Of a DNA stretch of 64,000 nt, positions 47,588 through 56,827 are shown in pieces. The stretch's first letter is position 1; the number at the start of each line of letters is the position of its first letter. The stretch is from an uncultured bacterium (GTDB taxonomy: Bacteria > Chloroflexota > Ktedonobacteria > Ktedonobacterales > JADMIN01): positions 79,266-143,265 of the forward strand of contig CAVTFE010000088.1 of the NCBI GenBank assembly GCA_963733745.1, in the 5' to 3' direction. The notes beneath the pieces were generated by a model, which saw nothing but the letters and a program-made list of their open reading frames with translations, was not told the DNA's origin and searched no databases. The position numbers and the translations under genes were made by a program.

Positions 47588-47932
47588 CTTGCGCTCCGTT
47601 TCTCATCTACTTCCTTATCACCGCAGCGCCAAGGTTCTTACACCATTTTCTGGCGCTCATATCTAATTGTGGAGATGACACGTGCGAAGGAGAACGGCGA
47701 TCCCGAGGTCGGCGCTCGCAAATGAAACGTACCACGCCGCACGCAATGGTGGAGAACATGATGGAGCGAAAAATTGATCAAAAATTGATGTAAGAATGTG
47801 CGGCCTCGCGTGATGAGGAAGTGACGACGCGATGGAGACGCCTGTACTGGTCAAGCGCAAGTGGCGCCGTCGAGGTGGAGCGGCGATGGGCTGTTCCACG
47901 ACGCCATCACGATGAAAGAGGGCATTTGCACG

Positions 47933-49036
47933 ATGACAGACACATTTGGGAAGTCCAGTATCCTGGCGCTGCTTCACTTCGCGCGCGAGCAAGAGCAACA
48001 GATGGTCGAGCGTTTGAGCGACAAAGAGCGCAACGCTATCGGCGCGCCAGAGCGCTGGTCCGCCAAAGATTACCTGGCGAACATACTGGTTTGGAAAGAG
48101 TTGCAGACCGAGAAGCTGGCCGCCGCGCAGCGCGGCGAGACGCCTCCTGTCTGGCGAGATCCGCAGGTCGTGCATCAGATCAACAGCGACGGGTTTCTGC
48201 GCTATCACGAGCGCAACTTTCAGGAGGTACAGGACGAGGGAGCGCGCGTTTTCCAGGCGTTCATCGCGCAGGTCGAGCGCCTGAGCGAAGAGGAGTTGAA
48301 CGATCCGAATCACTTTGCCTGGCTGGATGGCGAGCCGTTGCGCGGTGAGACGATGGGGAACGGGCTGTGGCATCCCGGCAACCAGATCGCCGCCTTCTAT
48401 CTCCAGAGCGGGAGACGGCTCGCGGCGCTCCAACTTCAGGAGGATCTGCTGGCGGCGGTGCGGCGCGCCAACATGCCGCCCGAAAATATGGGGTACGTCG
48501 TCTACAATCGGGCCTGCTTCTACGCGATCAATGGCTGGCCTGAGAAGGCGCTGCAACTCCTGCCAGAGGCGTTGCGGCTCAGGCCGACGCTCGTCGAGTG
48601 GTCGCGTCACGACTCCGACCTCGACGGGTTGCGCGCCGATCCTGCCTTCCAGGCGATCTTCGACGACCCACAGCTCCAGGAGCAGACGCCAGCCGTCGCG
48701 CTTGTCAGCCCAGGTGAGTTGCGCACACTCTCGGCAGAAGAGGCGCCGCCATTTGTGATCGATGTGCGCGGCGCGTCTGAATACGCCGAGGGACACGTGG
48801 ACGGCGCAGTCAATATTCCGCTCGGCCAGCTCGAACGTCAACTCAAACGCATTCCGCGTGACCGGCTGGTGGTCACCTACTGCAACATGCATCACCGCGG
48901 CGAGTCGCGCGGAGAGCGCGCGGCGGCGCTACTCAACAAGCGTGGCGTCCAGGCGCGCGTGCTGGATGGTGGGTATCCCGCCTGGCAGGAGAGCGCTGTG
49001 CTCGTGGGAAGGCAGCCAGGCGAGTCCACCAGATAA
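47933..49036 (+). CDS. multidomain protein: DinB/ClbS-like helical N-domain, TPR-like middle, C-terminal rhodanese
   Basis: Rhodanese active-site loop CNMHHRG with flanking VIDVRGASEYAEGHVDGAVNIP. TPR-like YNRACFYAINGWPEKALQLLPEAL. The N-domain call is weak. Confidence 0.75.
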   Translation: MTDTFGKSSILALLHFAREQEQQMVERLSDKERNAIGAPERWSAKDYLANILVWKELQTEKLAAAQRGETPPVWRDPQVVHQINSDGFLRYHERNFQEVQDEGARVFQAFIAQVERLSEEELNDPNHFAWLDGEPLRGETMGNGLWHPGNQIAAFYLQSGRRLAALQLQEDLLAAVRRANMPPENMGYVVYNRACFYAINGWPEKALQLLPEALRLRPTLVEWSRHDSDLDGLRADPAFQAIFDDPQLQEQTPAVALVSPGELRTLSAEEAPPFVIDVRGASEYAEGHVDGAVNIPLGQLERQLKRIPRDRLVVTYCNMHHRGESRGERAAALLNKRGVQARVLDGGYPAWQESAVLVGRQPGESTR

Positions 49037-49207
49037 CGTTTACTTGGATTTGTCGCCAAAGGGGGCGCCTGTGATCTCGCGGCTCGTCCACGGATAGCTC
49101 CAGACACGAGCGCTCCCAGCCGTCGCCAGCATCTTGTGGCGTATTTCTTACGTTTGCGCCGCTTCGCGCGCCTTCGTGAGGAGAGTGGAAAGGATAAGGC
49201 GGACAAC

Positions 49208-50128
49208 ATGGATAGGTCGTTGAAGGGAAGAGTCGCCCTGGTGGCAGGGGCGACCCGTGGCGCAGGACGAGCCATCGCGGTCGAACTTTGCCGAGCTGGA
49301 GCCTATGTGTACGCGACGGGACGCAGCAGTCGCGTAAAGGGGCCATCAGACATGGATCGCCCGGAAACCATCGAAGAGACCGGCGACATGATGCGCGCAA
49401 CGGGAGGCGACGGCATCGCCCTCCGCGTCGATCACCTGGACCAGGAGGCGGTGGATGGCCTCATCGCTCGCATTGCGGCGGAACGTGGGCAGTTACACAT
49501 CCTGGTCAACGACATCTTTGGCGCTCACAAGTACACGCAGTGGGATAAGAAGCTGTGGGAGCATGACCTCGATAACGGCTTGCGTATACTCCGCATGGGC
49601 GTTGATACGCACCTGATTACCAGCGCCAAAGCACTGCCCCTGATCCTGAGGAGCGGTGGTGGGCTGATCGTCGAGATGACCGATGGTACCTCAGACTACA
49701 ATAAAAACTTTCGCCGCAACGTCGGCTTCTACTACGACCTGGTGAAGGCCTCGGTCGCACGCATCAGCCTCGGACTGGCCGCTGAACTCGAAGACGAAGA
49801 CTGTACGGCGGTAGCGGTCACTCCAGGCTGGATGCGCTCGGAGCAGATGCTGGAGGATTTTGGCGTGACAGAAGATCGCTGGCGCGACGCGCTTGCGAAG
49901 GAGCCGCACTTCTGCATCTCCGAATCGCCCACCTACGTAGCGCGAGGGATCGTGGCGCTGGCCGCCGACCCACAGCGACGTCAATATGCCGGTCAGGTAC
50001 TCTCCAGCGCTGATCTAGCCAGAGCGTACGGTGTCACTGACATTGATGGGACACAACCCGATTGCTGGCGGTACACGGTTGAGGTGCAAGACCTGGGTAA
50101 GCCGGCGACCGAAGCTGGCTATCGCTAG
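49208..50128 (+). CDS. SDR-family oxidoreductase
   Basis: VALVAGATRGAGRAIA (TGxxxGxG-like) at the N-terminus. Confidence 0.85.
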   Translation: MDRSLKGRVALVAGATRGAGRAIAVELCRAGAYVYATGRSSRVKGPSDMDRPETIEETGDMMRATGGDGIALRVDHLDQEAVDGLIARIAAERGQLHILVNDIFGAHKYTQWDKKLWEHDLDNGLRILRMGVDTHLITSAKALPLILRSGGGLIVEMTDGTSDYNKNFRRNVGFYYDLVKASVARISLGLAAELEDEDCTAVAVTPGWMRSEQMLEDFGVTEDRWRDALAKEPHFCISESPTYVARGIVALAADPQRRQYAGQVLSSADLARAYGVTDIDGTQPDCWRYTVEVQDLGKPATEAGYR

Positions 50129-50167
50129 TCGATCACAGTGCAATCACCTTCAGCAAGGAGCGCGCCG

Positions 50168-51445
50168 GTGAGCGAGACACGCGACACATCAGATAGGGAA
50201 GTCGATGAGACGCCGCTCGCGGAACCGGCGGCTCACTCCCCGGCGGGGAACCACTTGCTAGAGGTGGGCCTGCTCTTTTTCACGCTCGGCTGGATTGCCT
50301 TCGGCGGACCGGCGGCGCACATCGCGCTCATGCGCGAGGAGTGTGTCAAACGACGCAAGTGGCTGAGCGAGGAGCGCTTCCTCGACCTTTTCGGCGCGGT
50401 CAACCTGATCCCAGGGCCAAGCTCGACGCAACTGGCGATCTACCTGGGTTATCTGCGCGCGGGCTGGCCGGGACTCTTCCTCGCCGGCGCCTGCTTCATC
50501 GTCCCAGCGATGGCTATCGTGCTGGCGCTCGCCTGGGCATATGTCACCTATCAGTCGCTGCCGCAGGTCGGCTGGCTCCTCTATGGGATCAAGCCCGTCG
50601 TGATCGCCGTCATTGCGCAGGCGATCGTCGGGCTGGGACGGACGGCGCTGCGCGGCGCGCTGCCCATCATCGCGTTCGGGGCGCTGCTCGCGCTCTACCT
50701 ACTCGGCGTCAATATCCTGATCGTCCTCTTCGGCGGCGCGCTCGTCTTCGCGGTCCTGCGCCTCGCCCTTTCTCGCGGCAATACAACTGGTGGCGCATTG
50801 CTAGCGGTCGTGGCGCTCGACCTATCCGGTTCTTTAAGAAGGCTCCGTGTCCTGTCAACCCTGCGCGCGATGGGACGGATAGCGCTGCCTGTGGCGCTTG
50901 CCGTCGCCGCGCCGGTGACGCTGCTCACCCTCTTTCTGACCTTCCTGAAGCTCGGCGCGGTGGTCTATGGCAGCGGCTACACGCTCCTCGCCTTCATCCG
51001 CGACGACTTCGTGCTGCGGCTGCACTGGCTCACCGAACAGCAGGCGCTCGACGCCATCTCCATCGGCCAGGTGACACCGGGGCCGGTCTTCACCACCGCG
51101 ACGTTCATCGGCTATCTCGTCCTCGGCTGGCAGGGCGCGCTCGTGGCCACGCTGGGCATCTTCCTGCCCTCGTTTCTTTTCGTCCCCTTCATCCATCTCG
51201 CCGCGACCCGCCTGCGCAGCTCGCGGGTGGTCGCCGCCGCGCTCGCTGGCGCGAATATCGCCGCGCTCGCCCTGATGACGGGTGTCTCGCTGCAACTGGC
51301 GCGCGCCGCGCTCGTCGATTTCTTCACCTGGGGGGTGGCGCTGCTCTCGTTACTAATCCTGCTGCGGTTTAAGGTCAATCCAATCTGGCTGATCCTGCTC
51401 AGCGCGGCGGCCAGCGTCGCCGCGCACTTCCTGGCCCTCGTCTAA
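50168..51445 (+). CDS. chrA: chromate transporter (CHR family, duplicated domains)
   Basis: FGGPAAHIALMREE..NLIPGPSSTQL, and a second repeat ISIGQVTPGPVFTTATFIGY. GTG 50168 lies 8 nt after AAGGAG. Confidence 0.9.
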   Translation: MSETRDTSDREVDETPLAEPAAHSPAGNHLLEVGLLFFTLGWIAFGGPAAHIALMREECVKRRKWLSEERFLDLFGAVNLIPGPSSTQLAIYLGYLRAGWPGLFLAGACFIVPAMAIVLALAWAYVTYQSLPQVGWLLYGIKPVVIAVIAQAIVGLGRTALRGALPIIAFGALLALYLLGVNILIVLFGGALVFAVLRLALSRGNTTGGALLAVVALDLSGSLRRLRVLSTLRAMGRIALPVALAVAAPVTLLTLFLTFLKLGAVVYGSGYTLLAFIRDDFVLRLHWLTEQQALDAISIGQVTPGPVFTTATFIGYLVLGWQGALVATLGIFLPSFLFVPFIHLAATRLRSSRVVAAALAGANIAALALMTGVSLQLARAALVDFFTWGVALLSLLILLRFKVNPIWLILLSAAASVAAHFLALV

Positions 51446-51593
51446 TGTGAGAATCAATGGCGAGACATACAAGAATTAATGACAGGATGAGGCGCTCATC
51501 AAAGAACAACCACATGGCCGAATTAGTTCATGCGCACAATTTGCCGGCCGCTCTTATCCTCGATATTGTGCGCGCCGACACACGAATTAGCTC

Positions 51594-51621
51594 TTGTGTC
51601 CACCTGAGTGTGTGGTACAAT
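51594..51621 (+). promoter_or_regulatory. candidate promoter of the chemosensory cluster
   Basis: TTGTGT (51594-51599), 16 nt, then TGgTACAAT (extended -10, TACAAT 51616-51621). Confidence 0.35.
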
Positions 51622-51739
51622 AGTCCCGGCTTTCCCCAAGCGAGCGAGATCCGTACGAGCCAAAACAGCGTCAGCGCGCGTAGAAATGTGCAGCCGCCCA
51701 CGCGGCGCGTATCATGCTGCCAGATTCAGGGAGCGGAAG

Positions 51740-53020
51740 ATGGAGCAACAGGGGCGGATACTCGACGGCGATCTGGAGACCCTCGGGTTACAGGCCACCC
51801 TCAAGATGCTCTCGCTCGGCGGGAAAACCGGCGCGCTTCTCGTCTCGTCTGGCCAGGAACACCTCAAGATCACCCTCGAGAATGGCCAGATCCTTGCCCT
51901 CGACGAGCCACACATCCCTCCCCCTGATGTGATTGAGATCTTCTTCCTCCTCGATAAGATCGATGCTGAACTCGCGCGCCTGCTCCACCAGCAGTCCGGC
52001 AACAACTCCGCGACCGCGCTTATGCTCATGGCCCAGAGCAGGCTCATCTCCCCTGAAGACGTGCAGCGGCGGGTGGAATTTACCGTCACGCAGTCGCTCA
52101 GCCGCGCGATTCGCTGGGAGCATGGGCGCTTCGAGTTTCACCGCGATACCAGCCCAATTCAGGCGCGCGCTGGTCTCTACCGTCCGCTCAACATCGACCA
52201 TGTGCTCCTGGAGGCGCTGCGTATCGCCGACGAGCGCGAGGGGAACGACGGCGGGATGGCGCTCTCACGTTACTCGATTCCGCGCTGGGTCCAAAACGCA
52301 CATCCCTCACAGGTGGAGTTGACGCCCGACGAAGCTAGTGTCTTGCGCCTCTGCAACGGTCATGCGCCGATTTCCGCCATGTCCATCGGGCTGATGATAC
52401 CGGAATCGCAAGTCGCCCTCATGGTGCGGCGATTCGTGGACGCGGGATTGGTCGAGATCGTGGATGCGCGCCTCGAGCAGGAGTTGCGGCGGACGCTCAC
52501 CAAGCTGCACGGCTACAGCCAGCGTCAACTCGCCCTGAGCAGCCGCGTCCCGCCCGAACAACGCATGTTATTTCTCATTCGTACGATGACCGAATGTATC
52601 AATGGTTTGTTCGCGCACTACAGCCAGTTCGCGCGCACGCTACGCGGGCGTGGCGAGGTGAGCCAGGTGGAGGTGCAGCGCTACATCGAGGCGACGTTCC
52701 AGCCCGTGCTGGCGCACGTCCAGCGAGAATTCCCTCGCATGGACGAGATCATTCGCCTCGACGCTGGCCGGCTAAACGCGGAGGATGTCGAGACGCTGGA
52801 TCGTGTCGTCAAAGGAGGCGAGCTGCTCGAATGTTACCGTGATGGCGTCTACCTCTTATCGGAATTCATACAACTGGTGTTCGAGCGCATCCTTACCGAT
52901 GAAGTCGGACGCGGCCAGGCTGGCGCTCAGTTCGAAGAAATATGGAGTGCGTTCACCCACGAGATGGATACTGAGGTTACCCGTGCGCTAGGGCAGCATA
53001 CGCCGAGTCTGCGCGTCTAA
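51740..53020 (+). CDS. PATAN/DUF4388-domain protein
   Basis: N-terminus ILDGDLETLGLQATLKMLSLGGKTGALLVSSGQEHLKITLENGQI is typical of DUF4388. ATG 51740 follows GGGAG. Confidence 0.75.
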   Translation: MEQQGRILDGDLETLGLQATLKMLSLGGKTGALLVSSGQEHLKITLENGQILALDEPHIPPPDVIEIFFLLDKIDAELARLLHQQSGNNSATALMLMAQSRLISPEDVQRRVEFTVTQSLSRAIRWEHGRFEFHRDTSPIQARAGLYRPLNIDHVLLEALRIADEREGNDGGMALSRYSIPRWVQNAHPSQVELTPDEASVLRLCNGHAPISAMSIGLMIPESQVALMVRRFVDAGLVEIVDARLEQELRRTLTKLHGYSQRQLALSSRVPPEQRMLFLIRTMTECINGLFAHYSQFARTLRGRGEVSQVEVQRYIEATFQPVLAHVQREFPRMDEIIRLDAGRLNAEDVETLDRVVKGGELLECYRDGVYLLSEFIQLVFERILTDEVGRGQAGAQFEEIWSAFTHEMDTEVTRALGQHTPSLRV

Positions 53021-53160
53021 TCCATGCGCTTGGCGCGATGCTGTGTAGCGTTTACTCGTCTCGCGCGGGTATACTTTGCGAGCGTTCCTCCGAGACAATG
53101 GCGTTTCGAGGATCTGTGGACGGCGCTGTCTGCCTTTAGCTATATAGGAGGGAACAACAG

Positions 53161-53601
53161 GTGGATGAGCCGGTAGTGCTGGTTGTGGACGACAGCCCAA
53201 CGGTCCGAAAGATAGTGCAGTTGACACTGCAACGTGCGCATATGCAGGTGCTGACAGCGGCGGATGGCTTGAGCGCCCTGGCAACCGTGGCGGACGCAAG
53301 CCCCGATTTGATACTACTCGATATCATGTTGCCGCGTATGGATGGCTACAATATCTGTCAGGTTATTCGCAAGAATCTGGCGTATCGTGATCTGCCCATC
53401 ATTATGCTCAGCGGTAAAGACGGCATCTTCGATAAGATGCGTGGCAAGTTGGCGGGATCGAGCGACTACATCACGAAACCCTTCGATTCCGGCGATCTGG
53501 TACAGACGGTCAAACGCTATCTGTCCGCGCCCGCGGTGCGCGAGCGGATCGCCCAGCGCTCGGCGCAGCGCCAGATGCAGGAGCAGTTGCGCTGGCGCTA
53601 A
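53161..53601 (+). CDS. CheY-like response regulator (PilG-like)
   Basis: VLVVDDS, LILLDIMLPRMDG, SDYITKPF. GTG start after GGAGGG. Confidence 0.85.
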   Translation: MDEPVVLVVDDSPTVRKIVQLTLQRAHMQVLTAADGLSALATVADASPDLILLDIMLPRMDGYNICQVIRKNLAYRDLPIIMLSGKDGIFDKMRGKLAGSSDYITKPFDSGDLVQTVKRYLSAPAVRERIAQRSAQRQMQEQLRWR

Positions 53602-53652
53602 GGCGGAGGCCAAAGATCGCATTCACTAATCTGGAACAAGCTAGAGCTGGTT

Positions 53653-53690
53653 GCGCCTCTCATCACCCATTCGCGTGATGAGAGGTGCGC
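53653..53690 (+). terminator. 14-bp-stem hairpin between the two receiver genes (terminator or attenuator)
   Basis: gcgcctctcatcac-ccattcgc-gtgatgagagg(t)gcgc followed by tagtggttcctttctgc. Confidence 0.45.
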
Positions 53691-53861
53691 TAGTGGTTCC
53701 TTTCTGCTATTATGAACGGTGTGGAGGTTCCTTCACGCACGTCACACACGTGCCCTTGCCGATGTCGCCGTCGCGGTATGTCATGCTATTGGAGAGTGGA
53801 GCATGGCTGAAACGCTGGCGGAGCGACAGAATGGATTGCTGGGAGACGAGGGAGCGCGACT

Positions 53862-54239
53862 ATGGCGGCGCCAAAAGTGTTGGTGGTGGATGATAGCTGG
53901 ACCGACCTCGCGCTGATGGCCACGCCGCTGCGCGATAGCGGCTTCGAGGTCATCACGGCGGTGGATGGCGATGAGGCGGTCGAAAAGACGTTGCAGGAGC
54001 TCCCACAGTGTGTTCTGCTGGACGTGGTCTTGCCCAAGCAGAGCGGCTTTCAGGTCTGCCGCCGCTTGAAGCAGATGGAGCAGAGCCGTGGTATCCCCAT
54101 CATCCTGATCAGCGGCAAGAATACCCCGCTCGATATGAAGTGGGGCATGCAGCAGGGCGCTGACCTCTACCTGACCAAGCCGTTCAGCAAAGAGGAGCTC
54201 CTCAAGAGCGTGCGCGCGCTGACTGGCTACGATGCCTAG
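53862..54239 (+). CDS. CheY-like response regulator (PilH-like)
   Basis: VLVVDDS, VLLDVVLPKQSG, DLYLTKPF. Confidence 0.9.
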   Translation: MAAPKVLVVDDSWTDLALMATPLRDSGFEVITAVDGDEAVEKTLQELPQCVLLDVVLPKQSGFQVCRRLKQMEQSRGIPIILISGKNTPLDMKWGMQQGADLYLTKPFSKEELLKSVRALTGYDA

Positions 54240-54287
54240 CGCTGACCGGCGGGGTATGGGATTGCGGTGGAAGGGAAGCGGGACGAG

Positions 54288-54776
54288 ATGAGCGAGCCAG
54301 GCAGAGCTCCCGGCGCGACGCAGCAACCGCAGCATCTCCTCTTCACCATCGCTGGCGTGGACTGCGCGTTGCCCGCCGAGGTCGTGCAGGGCGTCGAGCG
54401 CACGCTGGAGATCACGCCCGTGCCCAACACCGCGCCATGGGTTTCTGGAATCGTCCAGGCCTGGGGTGGGATCGTCTCCGTCGTCGATTTGCAGATGTTC
54501 TTCGGACTGGAGCCACAGGCGCTTACCCCGCGCTCGCGTCTCATCGTCGTCGCGCGTGGCGATCTCACCGTGGGGCTGCTGGTCAACTCTGTCGTCGAGA
54601 TGCGCTCCTTTGGCGAGAGCTTCGCCAGCTACCTCGATCCGCGCGCGACTCCAGAGTGGGCGCAGCCATACGCGCAGGGTGGATTGCCGGTTGGCGACCG
54701 TACTGTCGTCGTGCTGGACGTGGATAAGGTCATCCTCAGCCAGAAGATGCGGCGGTATCGCGCCGACCAGGTGTGA
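54288..54776 (+). CDS. cheW: CheW-like coupling protein
   Basis: LLFTIAGVDCALPAEVVQGVE...GLLVNSVVEM. The start could also be GTG 54267. Confidence 0.85.
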   Translation: MSEPGRAPGATQQPQHLLFTIAGVDCALPAEVVQGVERTLEITPVPNTAPWVSGIVQAWGGIVSVVDLQMFFGLEPQALTPRSRLIVVARGDLTVGLLVNSVVEMRSFGESFASYLDPRATPEWAQPYAQGGLPVGDRTVVVLDVDKVILSQKMRRYRADQV

Positions 54777-54990
54777 TGTACGCCAGATTCCATGTCTTTC
54801 GCGTATACTGATAGATCTGCCCCCTCCCATTGTCAGGCGCCTGTACAATGGAAGCGCAACAGAACAGCGACGCCATGCCAGGTATGAGTCAGAATTATGA
54901 GTCAGGAACAGGCGCGGCGACGAGAAATACTTTCTGCGCAGACGCGCGACGGATCAATCCGGGATCAGTCTAGAGGAGGCGTCCACCACT

Positions 54991-56754
54991 ATGGAGCGAC
55001 GAGGGGCGTCACGCTCGACGCTTAATACACAGTTGAACCTGTGGATGGTTCTCTCTTTGCTGGCGGCGCTCGCCGCGATCTTTGGTCTGGGCGCCTGGAT
55101 CATCTTCCGCATTGCTCCGGACTTTGCTACCTCTCCTGAGGACGCGTCGCTCTCCCTCTGGATTGCGACGGTCGTCGCCGCGCTCGGCGCTGTGACGATC
55201 ATTGCCTTTGCGTGGCTGCGCGCGCGCGCTTCACTACGCCAGCGCATGCTCGAACTGGCCGAGACGCTGCGGCAGGTCGCCTCCGGCGATCGTCTGGCGC
55301 GCGCGCCACTCGTCGGCAATGACGAACTGGCGATCCTTGGCGCCTCGGTGAACGCGATGCTCGATGGAGCGCCGCTCCCTACCTTTGGGCGAGGGGCCAC
55401 TGCACAATCACCTGAGGCGATGGTGCTGCAACAGCAGATCGAGAAGCTGCTTACCGAGGTCAGCGCAGTGGGTGATGGCGACTTGCGTGTGCAGGCGGAG
55501 GTGACGCCTGATACGCTGGGTGTGCTCGCCGATTCCTTTAACTACATGATCGAGGAACTGGCGAAGGTAGTGGGACGCGTGCAGGCCACCGCGCTCCAGG
55601 TGACCAACGGCACCCGCCGGCTGCTGGATCGCTCGGCGGAGGTCGCCAGCGCCACCGATACGCAGGCGCTGCAGATCAACCAGACCTCAGATGCGGTGGC
55701 GCGCCTCGCCGATTTTGTGCAACTTTCGGCCAACAACGCGCTCGAAGCTGTGGAAGCCGCGCGCGAGGCGTTACGCGCCGCGCAGTCGGGTAAGCAGGCG
55801 GTGGACCAGAGCATCGAAGGCATGGATCACATCCGTGACAACGTGCAGGAGACGGCGAAGAAGATCAAGCGGCTAGGCGAGCGCTCGCAGGAGGTCGGCG
55901 AGATCGTGCGCCTGATCGAAGATATCGCCGACCAGACGAACCTGCTCGCGCTCAACGCGGCGATTCAATCGGCGATGGGCGGCGAGCATGGACGAGGCTT
56001 CACGCAGGTCGCGGACGACATTCGCGCGCTCGCCGAGCGCGTGACGGAGGCGACGAAGCAAATCACCGGGCTGGTGAAGGGCATCCAGGGCGACACGTAC
56101 GACGCCGTCGTGGCGATGGAAGAGAGCACGAAGGAAGTCGTGCGCGGGTCGAATCTGGCCGACGAAGCCGGCAAGGCCCTGCAAAGCATCTATGGCTCGG
56201 TCGAGCGCCAATCGCGGATCGTCGAGGACATTGGCTCTGCCGCCAGCGAGCGCCGGCGTACCGCCGCAGAGGTCGCCTACTCGATGAGCCAGATCGCCGA
56301 GATCGCGCGCCAGACCAACGCGGCGACGCAGGACGCCTCCCAGAGCGTGAGCTATCTCGCAGACCTCGCCGAGCAATTACGCGCCTCGGTGGCCACGTTC
56401 CGCCTGCCAGAGCGCATCGCCGAGCAGGCCGGTCTGCCAGCGCAGGCTGATGGGCAGTTCGCTGTTCCTGCTCAGTTGGGATCGGGAGCGAGTGGCGCGC
56501 GCTGGGAGGTTCCCGCCGACGCGCTGATTGGCGCCGGAATCCCCTCCGGCGGGTTCGGCGGCGCTGGCCAGTCTGGAAATCTCGGCTATGACGCATACGG
56601 TGGAACGTATGATGGCGGATATAATGGCTATGGCGCGCAGGCTGATCCAACGAATGGGCAGGGCGTCTATCCATCCGCGGGTGGGGTGGACGCTCCCTGG
56701 CCAGCGCCAGGCGAGGCTCCCTACTCGCCTGATCAGTTCGATGGACGCTATTAG
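54991..56754 (+). CDS. methyl-accepting chemotaxis protein (two TM, HAMP, PilJ-like)
   Basis: Signalling hairpin IADQTNLLALNAAIQSAMGGEHGRGFTQVADDIRALAERV. Gly/Tyr-rich C-terminal tail. Confidence 0.9.
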   Translation: MERRGASRSTLNTQLNLWMVLSLLAALAAIFGLGAWIIFRIAPDFATSPEDASLSLWIATVVAALGAVTIIAFAWLRARASLRQRMLELAETLRQVASGDRLARAPLVGNDELAILGASVNAMLDGAPLPTFGRGATAQSPEAMVLQQQIEKLLTEVSAVGDGDLRVQAEVTPDTLGVLADSFNYMIEELAKVVGRVQATALQVTNGTRRLLDRSAEVASATDTQALQINQTSDAVARLADFVQLSANNALEAVEAAREALRAAQSGKQAVDQSIEGMDHIRDNVQETAKKIKRLGERSQEVGEIVRLIEDIADQTNLLALNAAIQSAMGGEHGRGFTQVADDIRALAERVTEATKQITGLVKGIQGDTYDAVVAMEESTKEVVRGSNLADEAGKALQSIYGSVERQSRIVEDIGSAASERRRTAAEVAYSMSQIAEIARQTNAATQDASQSVSYLADLAEQLRASVATFRLPERIAEQAGLPAQADGQFAVPAQLGSGASGARWEVPADALIGAGIPSGGFGGAGQSGNLGYDAYGGTYDGGYNGYGAQADPTNGQGVYPSAGGVDAPWPAPGEAPYSPDQFDGRY

Positions 56755-56827
56755 ACGCCATGCCAGATAAGATGCGAGATGACGCCTGATAACACGCGGC
56801 GATACAGAATGATGGGTGCGGACACTA

